In this document: in pieces, positions 15,277-24,460 of the stretch
Layout: the number at the start of each line of letters is the position of its first letter
Position numbering within the stretch: the stretch's first letter is position 1
Source of the DNA: a bacterium
GTDB taxonomy: Bacteria; SZUA-182; DTGQ01; JAFGSM01
Length of the DNA stretch: 24,460 nucleotides
Assembly (NCBI GenBank): GCA_049472335.1
Contig: JBLIRO010000074.1
Location: forward strand, 1-24,460
Reading direction: 5' to 3'
Position numbers and translations under genes: made by a program
The notes under the pieces: model-generated
Database searches by the model: none
Seen by the model: the letters and a program-made list of their open reading frames with translations, nothing else
Told to the model about the DNA's origin: nothing

Positions 15277-18200
15277 TCAATACTTTCTGTTGATATCGTC
15301 CTTCCAGTAAAGCTCCCTGACAGTGCCTCCGGCAAAACTGGGGGTAGACGGCAAGGTTTTTAGCTTACTTCTTTTCCCGCTACCATGGCCGGATATTCCA
15401 ACCAAGACAGCGCTGGGATCTCCGACAATATCGACCCCTGTAACTTTTCCTTCTCCGGAATGCATGGTTGTGATATGTTTTATATTTTCTAAACCACATA
15501 CACCTAATATCCCAAGCTTATATGCCACGAGATAGGTGTCGCCATAGTCACATCCCACAGCCGCTGGTGGGACATAAACGAGAAAAATCAGCTCATAACT
15601 TGATGAAGCCTCATTTTTCGCAATAATAGGAGACGAGTTGATTCTTGCCCTCAACGGAAACTTTTCATTCGTACTCGTATCCATAATGATATCAGTAAAT
15701 GGGATGATTATGGATTCAGCAACCACATCACTGCTATTTAATCTGAGAATATGTAATTTTGCCTCGAATGTCGAACCTATTTTATTGATTGCAGGATCGT
15801 CATAGGTCCCGGATGCGGCTGCAATTAGAGTGCATTTGGAAGCCCTTGATCCTATTTGAAGTACAGGTGGCGAGTAGAAGAAGGGTTGATTTACTCCTGC
15901 ATCATATATTACATCCATTGTCCAACTGGAAGGATTTCCTACAGTCTTTGAATGCCAGATCCTTCCGGCGGTATCTACCATATAGGCATCGGTTATTAGC
16001 CCGTCATTTTCATAACATACGCCATCAGCAACCAGCCCATGGTCGACTATTGTACTGGCAGTTCCCAGATTTTTAGAAAATACAATATCGCCCATTTTCA
16101 GACCATCATTAAAGCCTGCAGCCATAAATGTTAGGCCTTCAGTATCAGCGCTGGTCGGGTCATCATATCCTGAGCCAAAAAAGGCTACGTGTTTTGATTT
16201 GAATTCGGTAAATTCTTTATAGGAAATCTTGCCCATAGCTGGTGTTGACCATGCTTCCCCAACTATTGGATCATATTTGGATTTATAACTACCATACCCG
16301 GTATGCCATAATACAGAAAACGGCGCGGATGGGTTATAATCAGGATCACTTGGAGAAGGGTGAGTTACATCGATAGCAAAATAGCAATATCCTCCCGGAC
16401 CTTCTCCACAGACTACTATAGTCCTCCATTGGCCATCGAAGAAGACATCATGAGCCTTTGGAGAAGCTGAAACCCCATATATATGTTCAGACGGACTTGT
16501 TGGCTGTCCTTTTTTTAGAAATATTTTTTGAATATTTGCTATAAGATCCGGGGGCACATATGCAAAGATCTCCTTACCCGTAGACATATCAAACGCATGC
16601 AGCATACAGTCATTTCCTCCTGCATATACAACAGTGTGCCGTGTTTTATAATTCACTTCGAAGGCATCATGACCCAGCATGACTGAAGGATCTTCAGCTT
16701 TAAAGGGAGGCCCTATGGCAATGGGGGTACAATTTGTGATATCATATAATCTCCAAAAATTATTTTTCCCGGAGATAAATTCTATTATCTCTTTGGCTTC
16801 CTCCACGCTTGCCCCCATCCCAAGGCTGTGGAGTGGGGATGCATTGGGATTTCCTGAACCATCAAAAAATGGAACAAGCTTTCCATCCGAGCTTGATGTA
16901 AAGATCTTTCTTTTATTATAACTGATGTGGTTGGCATCCAACATCTCCCCTGCATCCCAGTTTATAAAACCAGTGGCAAGATCAACAGCTATAAGATGGC
17001 CCTTCCAGTCCGGAAACTCACATGTGGCAAGAAGCCCGACATTTCCTGTTATCCATGAATTTGAGTTTGAGCCTGAAGTGGGTGCAGATGTTGCATAATC
17101 TCCGGCTGCTGCCTGATATATAACTTTTTTTATGGCTTCCTTTAAAGATTCCCGGTCCTTGGTATAATAAGCGTAGTGACTGTCTGATTTCAAAGGGGAC
17201 CCACCAGAATTTGCTATTTTATCAAGGATGGTGCTGCCTACTGTTTCAGCACCAAATCCTACTACATAAACGGTAACATTTGTATCGTTAAATAGTGAAG
17301 ATGCCGCAGAAATGGCCCCCGTTATCTCCTCAGCAGGTGTCGGTTCACCGTCAGTAATCAAGAGTATATAATTATTGCGGCACCATAGGGTATCTTTAAC
17401 AAAAACATCGTTAACAAAATAACTATAGGCATCATTATAAAAATCTGTATCCAAAGTTGCATTTTTAAGGGTACTCCCGGTTGGTGTAGAGCCTGTAGCA
17501 ATTAGCCCCCCGTCATTTTGGGGCCCCATCCATTGCTGGATCTTATCTACTACGATATCCTGATCTTCCTGCTCTCCGGAAAAAGAAAACGGGACAATAA
17601 GAATCCCTCCCTGATCTTTTGATGTTTCATCCGGTACTTCAACTGGATAAGGGCTGGGAAAGGTTGCGTATTCGCTATAAAGAAAATCCACATCGTTATA
17701 GCCCTGATAATATATAAAAACTTCATTTGGATCCACAGGGCAGATTGAACATTCCTCTGTTCCGTCTGATATGAATTGCGGGCCGTAATATTCATTGAAA
17801 TAAACTAATTGGTCATTTTTAGGGACTTCCATCCAACCATAATAACTCCCCTTATATTCCCACGTATACAAAATTCCTGTATTCGGATCTGCTATTTCAC
17901 AAAGAAAACCACAATAATTATGATCTAATATGTGGTCTTTTCCCTTTACTCTTCTATGATATACACTGTTATCAGTGCTTTTGAGTGTATAAGTCATTCT
18001 TTGATGGGTAAAACTATCTATGGGCCTATAGTTTGGGTCGCCATCATTTGCCATTTGACGAGGTTTTTCATTAACCGTAAAGATAGGTGATCTTAAAAAT
18101 TCCTTTGAACAATATTTGTAATTATACTCTAAGGGACCAGAACCAGCACGATAATATGTGTAATAACCCTTGGCAGCACTACTTAATCCATAATGAGTCT

Positions 18201-18615
18201 GGTTGAACGTCATAAGACCAAAGTTGGCAATTCGCCTGGTTTCATTTAATACATCGAAGACTACAGACTTTGCAATGGCAAGACGGCTATCTTCATGCGC
18301 ACCGTATTTTCTTCCCTTTGAATCCGCCGTATTTAACACTTTACAGTTTGGGTCTCGCTGCATACTGCCTGAGGTGTCAAAAATTATGAGGATATTAGGT
18401 CTCACGAGCAGGTTGTCGATTATCCTTAAAGGTCTCATCTTTGCCTTGGCAGAGGGTATAATAATAATGGAAGAAAAGAAAAAAAAGAAGAAAAAGAGCA
18501 AAATAAAATATTTACAGAGATCTTTTCTAATTAAAGCTGAAGAATATATGAGCTCCTCGGTATGCAAAATGAAGGATATGGCCGGTTTTTGTTTTTTTCT
18601 GTTAAAAAGATTCAT
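15277..18615 (-). CDS. pilY1: PilY1/PilC-family type IV pilus adhesin (vWA + beta-propeller)
   Basis: AGGAGG SD; signal-like hydrophobic segment ending AKA; vWA MIDAS DTSGS ... TPT ... ILLITDG; PilC domain WKGHL..WDAG, VVYAGGND.MLHAFD..TG.EIFAYVP, YG....P...DV...WRTI, GG..YFAIDVT, GEAWSTP, FGSGY; terminal YWKD. Confidence 0.9.
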   Translation of the reverse strand: MNLFNRKKQKPAISFILHTEELIYSSALIRKDLCKYFILLFFFFFFFSSIIIIPSAKAKMRPLRIIDNLLVRPNILIIFDTSGSMQRDPNCKVLNTADSKGRKYGAHEDSRLAIAKSVVFDVLNETRRIANFGLMTFNQTHYGLSSAAKGYYTYYRAGSGPLEYNYKYCSKEFLRSPIFTVNEKPRQMANDGDPNYRPIDSFTHQRMTYTLKSTDNSVYHRRVKGKDHILDHNYCGFLCEIADPNTGILYTWEYKGSYYGWMEVPKNDQLVYFNEYYGPQFISDGTEECSICPVDPNEVFIYYQGYNDVDFLYSEYATFPSPYPVEVPDETSKDQGGILIVPFSFSGEQEDQDIVVDKIQQWMGPQNDGGLIATGSTPTGSTLKNATLDTDFYNDAYSYFVNDVFVKDTLWCRNNYILLITDGEPTPAEEITGAISAASSLFNDTNVTVYVVGFGAETVGSTILDKIANSGGSPLKSDSHYAYYTKDRESLKEAIKKVIYQAAAGDYATSAPTSGSNSNSWITGNVGLLATCEFPDWKGHLIAVDLATGFINWDAGEMLDANHISYNKRKIFTSSSDGKLVPFFDGSGNPNASPLHSLGMGASVEEAKEIIEFISGKNNFWRLYDITNCTPIAIGPPFKAEDPSVMLGHDAFEVNYKTRHTVVYAGGNDCMLHAFDMSTGKEIFAYVPPDLIANIQKIFLKKGQPTSPSEHIYGVSASPKAHDVFFDGQWRTIVVCGEGPGGYCYFAIDVTHPSPSDPDYNPSAPFSVLWHTGYGSYKSKYDPIVGEAWSTPAMGKISYKEFTEFKSKHVAFFGSGYDDPTSADTEGLTFMAAGFNDGLKMGDIVFSKNLGTASTIVDHGLVADGVCYENDGLITDAYMVDTAGRIWHSKTVGNPSSWTMDVIYDAGVNQPFFYSPPVLQIGSRASKCTLIAAASGTYDDPAINKIGSTFEAKLHILRLNSSDVVAESIIIPFTDIIMDTSTNEKFPLRARINSSPIIAKNEASSSYELIFLVYVPPAAVGCDYGDTYLVAYKLGILGVCGLENIKHITTMHSGEGKVTGVDIVGDPSAVLVGISGHGSGKRSKLKTLPSTPSFAGGTVRELYWKDDINRKY

Positions 18616-18882
18616 AACGGCACCTCCTAATTATTTAAAGTTATAAATAATAACATTTAAATTTGTTCAAATTTTGGTACCGCTGCGAACCTGACTTTGA
18701 AATTATCTAACAAATTCAACGGTCGTTTTGCTCTATCCTATTTAATGTTCTTTATTTTTAAATACTTATATATTATTTACATCAATAAAACAATCAGTTT
18801 CTTTATTATCGGCAAAACCATCGTTTTTAATCATAATCAAGGTTGCACCAATTATTTGAAAAATTGTATTATTTAAACAATA

Positions 18883-19584
18883 ATGAATAAAAACTCAGAG
18901 CAATCACAACAAATAATAAAGGAACTTAAGGAATTCCTCAAAGCGCAGAGAGAAGCCGGAGAGGAATGGCTTAGTTTGTCAAAGCGATTCCTCGGTCCAA
19001 CTATCCTTTCGGTTCTCAGGGACTCATTAAAGGATTGCACAAGATGCAGGCTCTCATCGTCAAGGACACGGATTGTTTTTGGTGAGGGAGCCCCGTCAGC
19101 AAGTCTTTTTTTTATAGGTGAGGCACCCGGGGCTGAGGAAGATCGAACAGGCAGGCCTTTTATAGGCAGAGCCGGTGAGCTTCTAACTAAAATAATAGAG
19201 GCGATTAAGCTTTCCAGGGACAATGTCTACATAAGCAGCGTAATTAAATGCCGTCCTCCGGGGAACAGAAACCCGGAGCAGGATGAAATAAATACATGCA
19301 AGCCGTTTCTCCTGCAGCAGATTCAGGCAATCCGGCCTTCCATCATCTGTACTTTGGGCTCAGTGGCCACTAATACGATTCTTGGCAATAATGAGCCAAT
19401 AAGCAAAAGCAGGGGAAAATTCCATCACTTTCACGGGATTTATGTTATGCCTACATTCCACCCTGCCTATCTTCTCAGAAATCAAAAAGATAAAAAACTC
19501 GTTTGGGAAGATATGCTAAAGATTCAGGCCCTATATCAAAAACTGGGTTTGTTTGACAAAGATCATGATAGCCGGCAATCCTGA
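18883..19584 (+). CDS. uracil-DNA glycosylase family 4 ([4Fe-4S])
   Basis: CTRC, VFGEG, IGEAPG.EED..GRPF.G.AG, KCRPPGNR.P...EI..C, PTFHPAYLLR. Confidence 0.94.
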   Translation: MNKNSEQSQQIIKELKEFLKAQREAGEEWLSLSKRFLGPTILSVLRDSLKDCTRCRLSSSRTRIVFGEGAPSASLFFIGEAPGAEEDRTGRPFIGRAGELLTKIIEAIKLSRDNVYISSVIKCRPPGNRNPEQDEINTCKPFLLQQIQAIRPSIICTLGSVATNTILGNNEPISKSRGKFHHFHGIYVMPTFHPAYLLRNQKDKKLVWEDMLKIQALYQKLGLFDKDHDSRQS

Positions 19585-19603
19585 TTTGTTGTAGAAATAA
19601 AAT

Positions 19604-21907
19604 ATGAATAGATATGTTGCCCAAATTGCGCTCAATATACCCAAAGACTCGCTATTTTCATATCTCGTACCTTCAGAATTGACTGGTGTTATTAGACCAG
19701 GTCATCTTGTATATGTGCCTCTGAAAAAGAGGAAAGAGATTGGAGTTGTCGTTGAAACCAATCATCAAAAAGAAGATGAATCAGAGTTAACAATCGATCT
19801 GAAAGAGATATTGGCCCTCCCCTATCCTGGCCCTGTTTTAAACTCCACGCTCCTTGATATGGCAAAATGGATAAGTGATTATTATTTCTGCCCTATCGGA
19901 ATGACTATCAGGGCCTTAATTCCGACAGGACTAATCCCAGAGTTAAGTTATGGCAAATCAGGTGTTCATAGCTTTTGTCCCAGAGGCAAGGAAAAAAGGA
20001 TTGCCCATATTGCCATAGTGGTTGAGGAAAAGGAAATACATAAATATATAGCTTCCAATTCTAAGAGGGCGCCCAGACAGTGTGACATTCTTAAATCCCT
20101 TCTATCAAGAGGAGGTAAGGCTTCAATTTCCGATCTCTTTCCTGATAAAAATACCCCCTATCCATTAATAAATAAAATGCTGACCAAAGGCCTTTTAATA
20201 CGTTCCATGGAAAGGGAGTTCCGGGACCCCTATATTGGCCCGGATAAACAAAAAAGATATAAAGAGATTAAGCTTTCTCCTTACCAGGAGGGTGTTTTGT
20301 CCCACCTTTTTTCATCTCTAGATCAGGGCGGATTCACTCCTTTTCTTCTACATGGTGTTACAGGGAGCGGCAAGACAGAGATATATCTGAGACTTATATT
20401 GAGGGCGCTGCAGAAAAATCTTCAGGCAATTGTGCTTGTACCGGAGATATCCATCACCCACCAATTGATTGAAAGGTTTAAATACTATTTATCTGATAAG
20501 GTTGCTATTCTTCACAGTCATCTGAGCGAAGGAGAAAGACTGGATGAGTGGCTGAGAATCAGAGAGGGGCTTGCCGACGTGGTGATCGGGGCGCGCTCCG
20601 CGGTCTTTGCGCCACTATCCAGGCTTGGGGTTATTATATGTGACGAAGAGCATGATCCTTCATATAAACAAGAGTCACAGCCTCGATATAACGGGAGGGA
20701 TGTCGCAATAATGAGAGCCAAGATGACTCCATGTCTCATCTGTCTCGGATCGGCAACCCCGTCCCTGGAAAGCTATTATAATGCAAAGACCGGAAAATTT
20801 CGCCTTCTGACACTCCCTGAAAGGGTTACCATTCATCCCCCCCCTGTTGTCAGGCTTCTCGATATGAGGGAAGAATACAAATCAAAGGACAATCAGGATG
20901 ATTGCAAAAACTTGTTTTCAGAAAGCCTCATAGAAGCCATCGATGATACTCTTAAAAAAGGCAAACAAACACTGATATTTCAAAACAGACGGGGTTATTC
21001 CCCTTTTTTGCTTTGTCCCAAATGCGGATACGTGCCAAAATGTCCTAATTGCAGCGTGTCTTTGACATATCACTCCACGGATAATTATCTCAGGTGTCAC
21101 TATTGTGATTTCCAGAAAGGCCTCCTCCCGTCTTGCCCTCATTGTCCAGAGACACCTATGAGATATATGGGACACGGGACACAGAAAATCGAGCAGGAGA
21201 TAAAGGGTATCTTCTCAAAAGCTTCCGTTGCAAGGATGGACAGGGATACAACCGCTCGCAAAGGGGCGCATTACAAGATCCTGGATAGCGTTGAACGGGG
21301 CGAAACAGATATCCTTGTCGGGACTCAAATGGTGACAAAGGGACTTGACTTCCCCAAGGTAATAATGGTCGGTGTTGTCGGAATTGACCATACACTTAAT
21401 CTGCCTGATTTTAGATCCACGGAGCGTGTCTTTCAAATGATTACTCAGGTGGCGGGAAGAGCGGGCAGAGGGGATGATCCAGGAATGGTCTTCGTGCAGA
21501 CATTTTATCCAGGTCATTATAGCATTGCTTTTGCAAGCAGGCATGATTATATAAACTTTTACAACCGTGAGATAGGGTTCAGAAGACGTCTGAATTATCC
21601 GCCTTTTACAAGGATAGTTTGCCTTATCATTAAGGGCATGGATAGAAAAAAAACCCGCAAGGCAGCCCTCTTTATAAGCAAAGAGATAAAATCCAGAATC
21701 AGACCAAACGAGGTAAGGGTCCTGGGACCAGCCATGGCCCCCTTATTCCGTTTGAGACGCAATTACAGATATCAGATCATGCTTAAGGCAGTAGACTACA
21801 GAATTGCCCATCACTCGGTTCGTGAAGCGATTACATGCTTTGCTTTACAGAAGGATTTTCAAAGTATCAAATTAGAGGTAGATGTAGATCCGGTCAATTT
21901 ACTTTAA
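19604..21907 (+). CDS. priA: primosomal protein N' (replication restart helicase)
   Basis: GVTGSGKT, LVPEI, GARSA, DEEHD.SYKQ, SATPS, NRRGY, four CxxC pairs, GTQMVTKGLDF, QVAGRAGR, YPPF, C-terminal DVDP. Confidence 0.98.
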   Translation: MNRYVAQIALNIPKDSLFSYLVPSELTGVIRPGHLVYVPLKKRKEIGVVVETNHQKEDESELTIDLKEILALPYPGPVLNSTLLDMAKWISDYYFCPIGMTIRALIPTGLIPELSYGKSGVHSFCPRGKEKRIAHIAIVVEEKEIHKYIASNSKRAPRQCDILKSLLSRGGKASISDLFPDKNTPYPLINKMLTKGLLIRSMEREFRDPYIGPDKQKRYKEIKLSPYQEGVLSHLFSSLDQGGFTPFLLHGVTGSGKTEIYLRLILRALQKNLQAIVLVPEISITHQLIERFKYYLSDKVAILHSHLSEGERLDEWLRIREGLADVVIGARSAVFAPLSRLGVIICDEEHDPSYKQESQPRYNGRDVAIMRAKMTPCLICLGSATPSLESYYNAKTGKFRLLTLPERVTIHPPPVVRLLDMREEYKSKDNQDDCKNLFSESLIEAIDDTLKKGKQTLIFQNRRGYSPFLLCPKCGYVPKCPNCSVSLTYHSTDNYLRCHYCDFQKGLLPSCPHCPETPMRYMGHGTQKIEQEIKGIFSKASVARMDRDTTARKGAHYKILDSVERGETDILVGTQMVTKGLDFPKVIMVGVVGIDHTLNLPDFRSTERVFQMITQVAGRAGRGDDPGMVFVQTFYPGHYSIAFASRHDYINFYNREIGFRRRLNYPPFTRIVCLIIKGMDRKKTRKAALFISKEIKSRIRPNEVRVLGPAMAPLFRLRRNYRYQIMLKAVDYRIAHHSVREAITCFALQKDFQSIKLEVDVDPVNLL

Positions 21908-24441
21908 AATGCGTGCCCAACGCTCAGATAAAACCTGCCCAGGCTTTCTCCCGGTCTTCTGTCGATTGCCCTGCCGTAGTCAAGCCTCACAGGGCCTATG
22001 GGGGTTATCCAGCGAACACCTATTCCCGCCCCCTGCCTGAGATCAGGAAAATCTTCTTCCTTTCTCGAATCCCAGACATTTCCTGTATCATAAAAGATAA
22101 CAGCTTTTATACTTTTATAGATTGGATAGCGGAACTCCAGATTGTTTATCCAAAACACCCTTCCACCCAGAGGGAGGCCGGTGTCATCATCTTTCGGGCC
22201 AATTGAGTCCTCTTTAAATCCCCTGACAGTATTACCGCCTCCGGCAAAAAATCTCTCCTGAATGGGAACCTTGCTGGTCTTGCCATAAATGCCTATATAT
22301 CCGCCCCTGATGCTCAGGGCCATTACAAGCCTAGAATTCAGAGGGAAAAATGTCCTGTATTCAGCTTTTATTTTGTAGAAATCCTGATCGCCCCCGATCC
22401 ACCTTCCCGCGTGGTCCAGGCTAAGGTTTGTGTATATGCCCTTATATGGATCCAGAAAGTTATCCCTCGAGTCATAGATAATTGCAGGTCCAATAGCGCT
22501 AATGGTATGTTCCTCATATTCCTCCGGTATTTCATCCTTATCTATAGTTATGTCGTCCAGGCGGTTCAGATCGATATGATAGATCAATCCGATTCTGAGC
22601 TTCCTTTTATAAGGCCTCCATATTCCAAATTCAAGCCCGTTACTGCGGTTGTGATATTCCCTGCGGTCTTCCGTGGAGGTATAAATGCTGCCCTCCCCCT
22701 CTATTTTGTGTCTTGGAATTAAAAGCGGGTCCCTGAAGGTAATAGTATATTTTGATGATCTTCCGATTTCGTCTGTTATTCGGGAGCCTCCGCCAAGGCC
22801 CGTAAAATCTGCCTTGAACCTTGCACTGATGGCACGGCCCCAAAGATTATCCTCTCTGATTTCCATATACCCTCTGTAACCCAGCCTCGAACTGAAACCG
22901 GCACCCAGATTTACCTTGCCTGTCTTCATCTCTTCCACTTCGATTATACAGTCCACATCTTCTGACATCGTATCCATACCTTTTGGCTCCACACTGAGAC
23001 TCCTAAAAAGTCCTAATCTGGAAAGCCTTGCATGGGTATCCAGAATCTTTTGATAACTAAAAGTATCTCCTTGTTTGAAAGAAGTTGCTAATCTTATTAT
23101 CTTTTCTTTTGTTTTGAAATTTCTTTTAATATCAATTTTTCCAAAACTAACAAAAGGCCCTTCATTTATTTTATAAAGAATATCCGCAAATCCCTTTTCT
23201 TCATCCTTTTCCATGTCCACAGACACTTTTACATATGCATATCCGTTATTCCCATAAAATATTGTCAATTGTCTCCTGTCATCCTGAAACTCTTTTGGGC
23301 GGAGAGGGTCCCGTTCTTTAACCTTTAAAATACTTTTCAGCCTGTCATCCGAAAATGCATCGTTGCCTTTAAATGAAACATTTCTGACCATTATCCTGAT
23401 ACCTTCATTTATAATGATCCTCTTTTTGATGCGTTTACCACGTCTTTCTGTTTTTGTGCTTATTCTGACATTGGGAAAGCCTTCGGAACGATACAGGGCT
23501 TCCAGTGCTTCAAGATCTTTAGAGAATGTTATGGCTTTAAAAGGGCGGGATCGAAATATGGATAGGGATCGTATGGAAAGAAATTGCCTTTTTAACCTCT
23601 TTTTCTTTAAATATCCGCCATGCTCAAAGATGATATCCTTCAGATAGGTCCTTTTCCCCTCCGAGATATTAAAAACTATCTTTCTGTCTCCTGAAAAATC
23701 CGGATCATTCCAGGAAAAACCGACCTCGGCGTCAATAAACCCATTGTCCCTGTATAGATCGGTTATCCTTTCAACACTTTCTTCTGCCTCCAGAGTATCA
23801 AAGAATCTGTTTTCATAAAAGGTTAAGGTTTCAAGGATCTCCTCGTTTGTAAAATACCTGTTGCCTTTTATCTCTATACCCAGTTTTGGTCCCCTGTAAA
23901 CATAAACCTTCAGGGAAACTTCATGATCTTTCAGATCTTCCTCATATCTCACATCCGCCCTGAGATAACCCATCCTAACCAATTGTTCTTCAAGCGCACT
24001 TAAACGAGCCTTGAATTTTTTCCTCTTAAAGACAAGCCCTTCTCTGAGACCCAATAGAAATTCAATATTGGGCTTTTTCCCTGAACTGTCGTCAAAAATG
24101 GACATCTCCCTGATTTTTGTTCGCGGCCCTTTATGAATAATGAAATTCAGGGTGGCAAGCCCCGGTTCCGTTTCCTCCAATGTATGTTCTACTCTGACAC
24201 TGTCATATCCTTCATCCTGATAGATCTTTTCAATCTTTTTTGCAACTTCCTTAACAACATCGGGATAGTATTCCTCCCCTATACGTATATTTATGACCCT
24301 TTGCAGCTCTTTCTCGAAAATGGGAAAATTTCCGAGGATGTTGATTCCACTGATAATCAATTCTGTATGCGCTATCGAGGGAAATAATAAAAAAAGAAAA
24401 AAACACGGAATAAGGATATTGAGAGAATATCTTATTTTCAC
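21904..24441 (-). CDS. Omp85-family outer membrane protein (BamA/TamA-type; several POTRA domains + beta-barrel)
   Basis: Signal peptide; repeated POTRA patterns (I.GN..F...L ... Y...G[YF]); barrel motifs NLWGR, YDSRD, ERFFAGG..TVRGF, G.GVRW.TPIGPVRLDYG, terminal F. GTG start. The stop overlaps the priA stop (shared TTAA, 21904-21907). Confidence 0.92.
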   Translation of the reverse strand: MKIRYSLNILIPCFFLFLLFPSIAHTELIISGINILGNFPIFEKELQRVINIRIGEEYYPDVVKEVAKKIEKIYQDEGYDSVRVEHTLEETEPGLATLNFIIHKGPRTKIREMSIFDDSSGKKPNIEFLLGLREGLVFKRKKFKARLSALEEQLVRMGYLRADVRYEEDLKDHEVSLKVYVYRGPKLGIEIKGNRYFTNEEILETLTFYENRFFDTLEAEESVERITDLYRDNGFIDAEVGFSWNDPDFSGDRKIVFNISEGKRTYLKDIIFEHGGYLKKKRLKRQFLSIRSLSIFRSRPFKAITFSKDLEALEALYRSEGFPNVRISTKTERRGKRIKKRIIINEGIRIMVRNVSFKGNDAFSDDRLKSILKVKERDPLRPKEFQDDRRQLTIFYGNNGYAYVKVSVDMEKDEEKGFADILYKINEGPFVSFGKIDIKRNFKTKEKIIRLATSFKQGDTFSYQKILDTHARLSRLGLFRSLSVEPKGMDTMSEDVDCIIEVEEMKTGKVNLGAGFSSRLGYRGYMEIREDNLWGRAISARFKADFTGLGGGSRITDEIGRSSKYTITFRDPLLIPRHKIEGEGSIYTSTEDRREYHNRSNGLEFGIWRPYKRKLRIGLIYHIDLNRLDDITIDKDEIPEEYEEHTISAIGPAIIYDSRDNFLDPYKGIYTNLSLDHAGRWIGGDQDFYKIKAEYRTFFPLNSRLVMALSIRGGYIGIYGKTSKVPIQERFFAGGGNTVRGFKEDSIGPKDDDTGLPLGGRVFWINNLEFRYPIYKSIKAVIFYDTGNVWDSRKEEDFPDLRQGAGIGVRWITPIGPVRLDYGRAIDRRPGESLGRFYLSVGHAF

Positions 24442-24460
24442 TAAAATAATGTCCTCTTTC

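Noticed and set aside
15277..18615. PilY1 vWA domain as the partner of the RavA-like ATPase
   Set aside because: PilY1 is exported and about 15 kb away. MoxR partners are normally adjacent and accessible from the cytoplasm.
1550..24387. Short ORFs nested in or antisense to the long genes (e.g. 4952-5488, 18203-18646, 18873-19223, 21835-22206, 23363-23647)
   Set aside because: They are shadow ORFs of well-supported genes and show no recognisable motifs.

Overview
AT-rich chromosomal window from a Gram-negative (LPS-making) bacterium with a deltaproteobacteria-like gene repertoire; the taxonomy is inference. From left to right: (i) a regulatory block with a truncated RavA/MoxR-type AAA+ ATPase gene missed by the ORF track (1..654, -), preceded by a sigma-54 -24/-12 promoter and two phased palindromic enhancer-like sites, an adjacent GAF-PAS-AAA-HTH sigma-54 activator, an unknown membrane-anchored protein and a divergent REC-XRE-cupin regulator whose phospho-acceptor Asp is Glu; (ii) an LPS lipid A/inner-core cluster on the minus strand (GT9, lpxK, gmhB, a degenerate GT9, an NDP-sugar epimerase and a Trm112/YcaR mini-protein missed by the track); (iii) envelope genes: a secreted HExxH metalloprotease, a TolC without neighbouring transporter genes, a 310-bp segment bounded by 37-bp imperfect inverted repeats, and a vWA-PilY1 without neighbouring minor pilins; (iv) family-4 UDG, priA and an Omp85 (BamA/TamA-type) gene. 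I saw no rRNA, tRNA, CRISPR array or transposase. The best candidates for something undescribed are the sigma-54/enhancer-controlled RavA-like module with its neighbouring regulators and the inverted-repeat element between tolC and pilY1.
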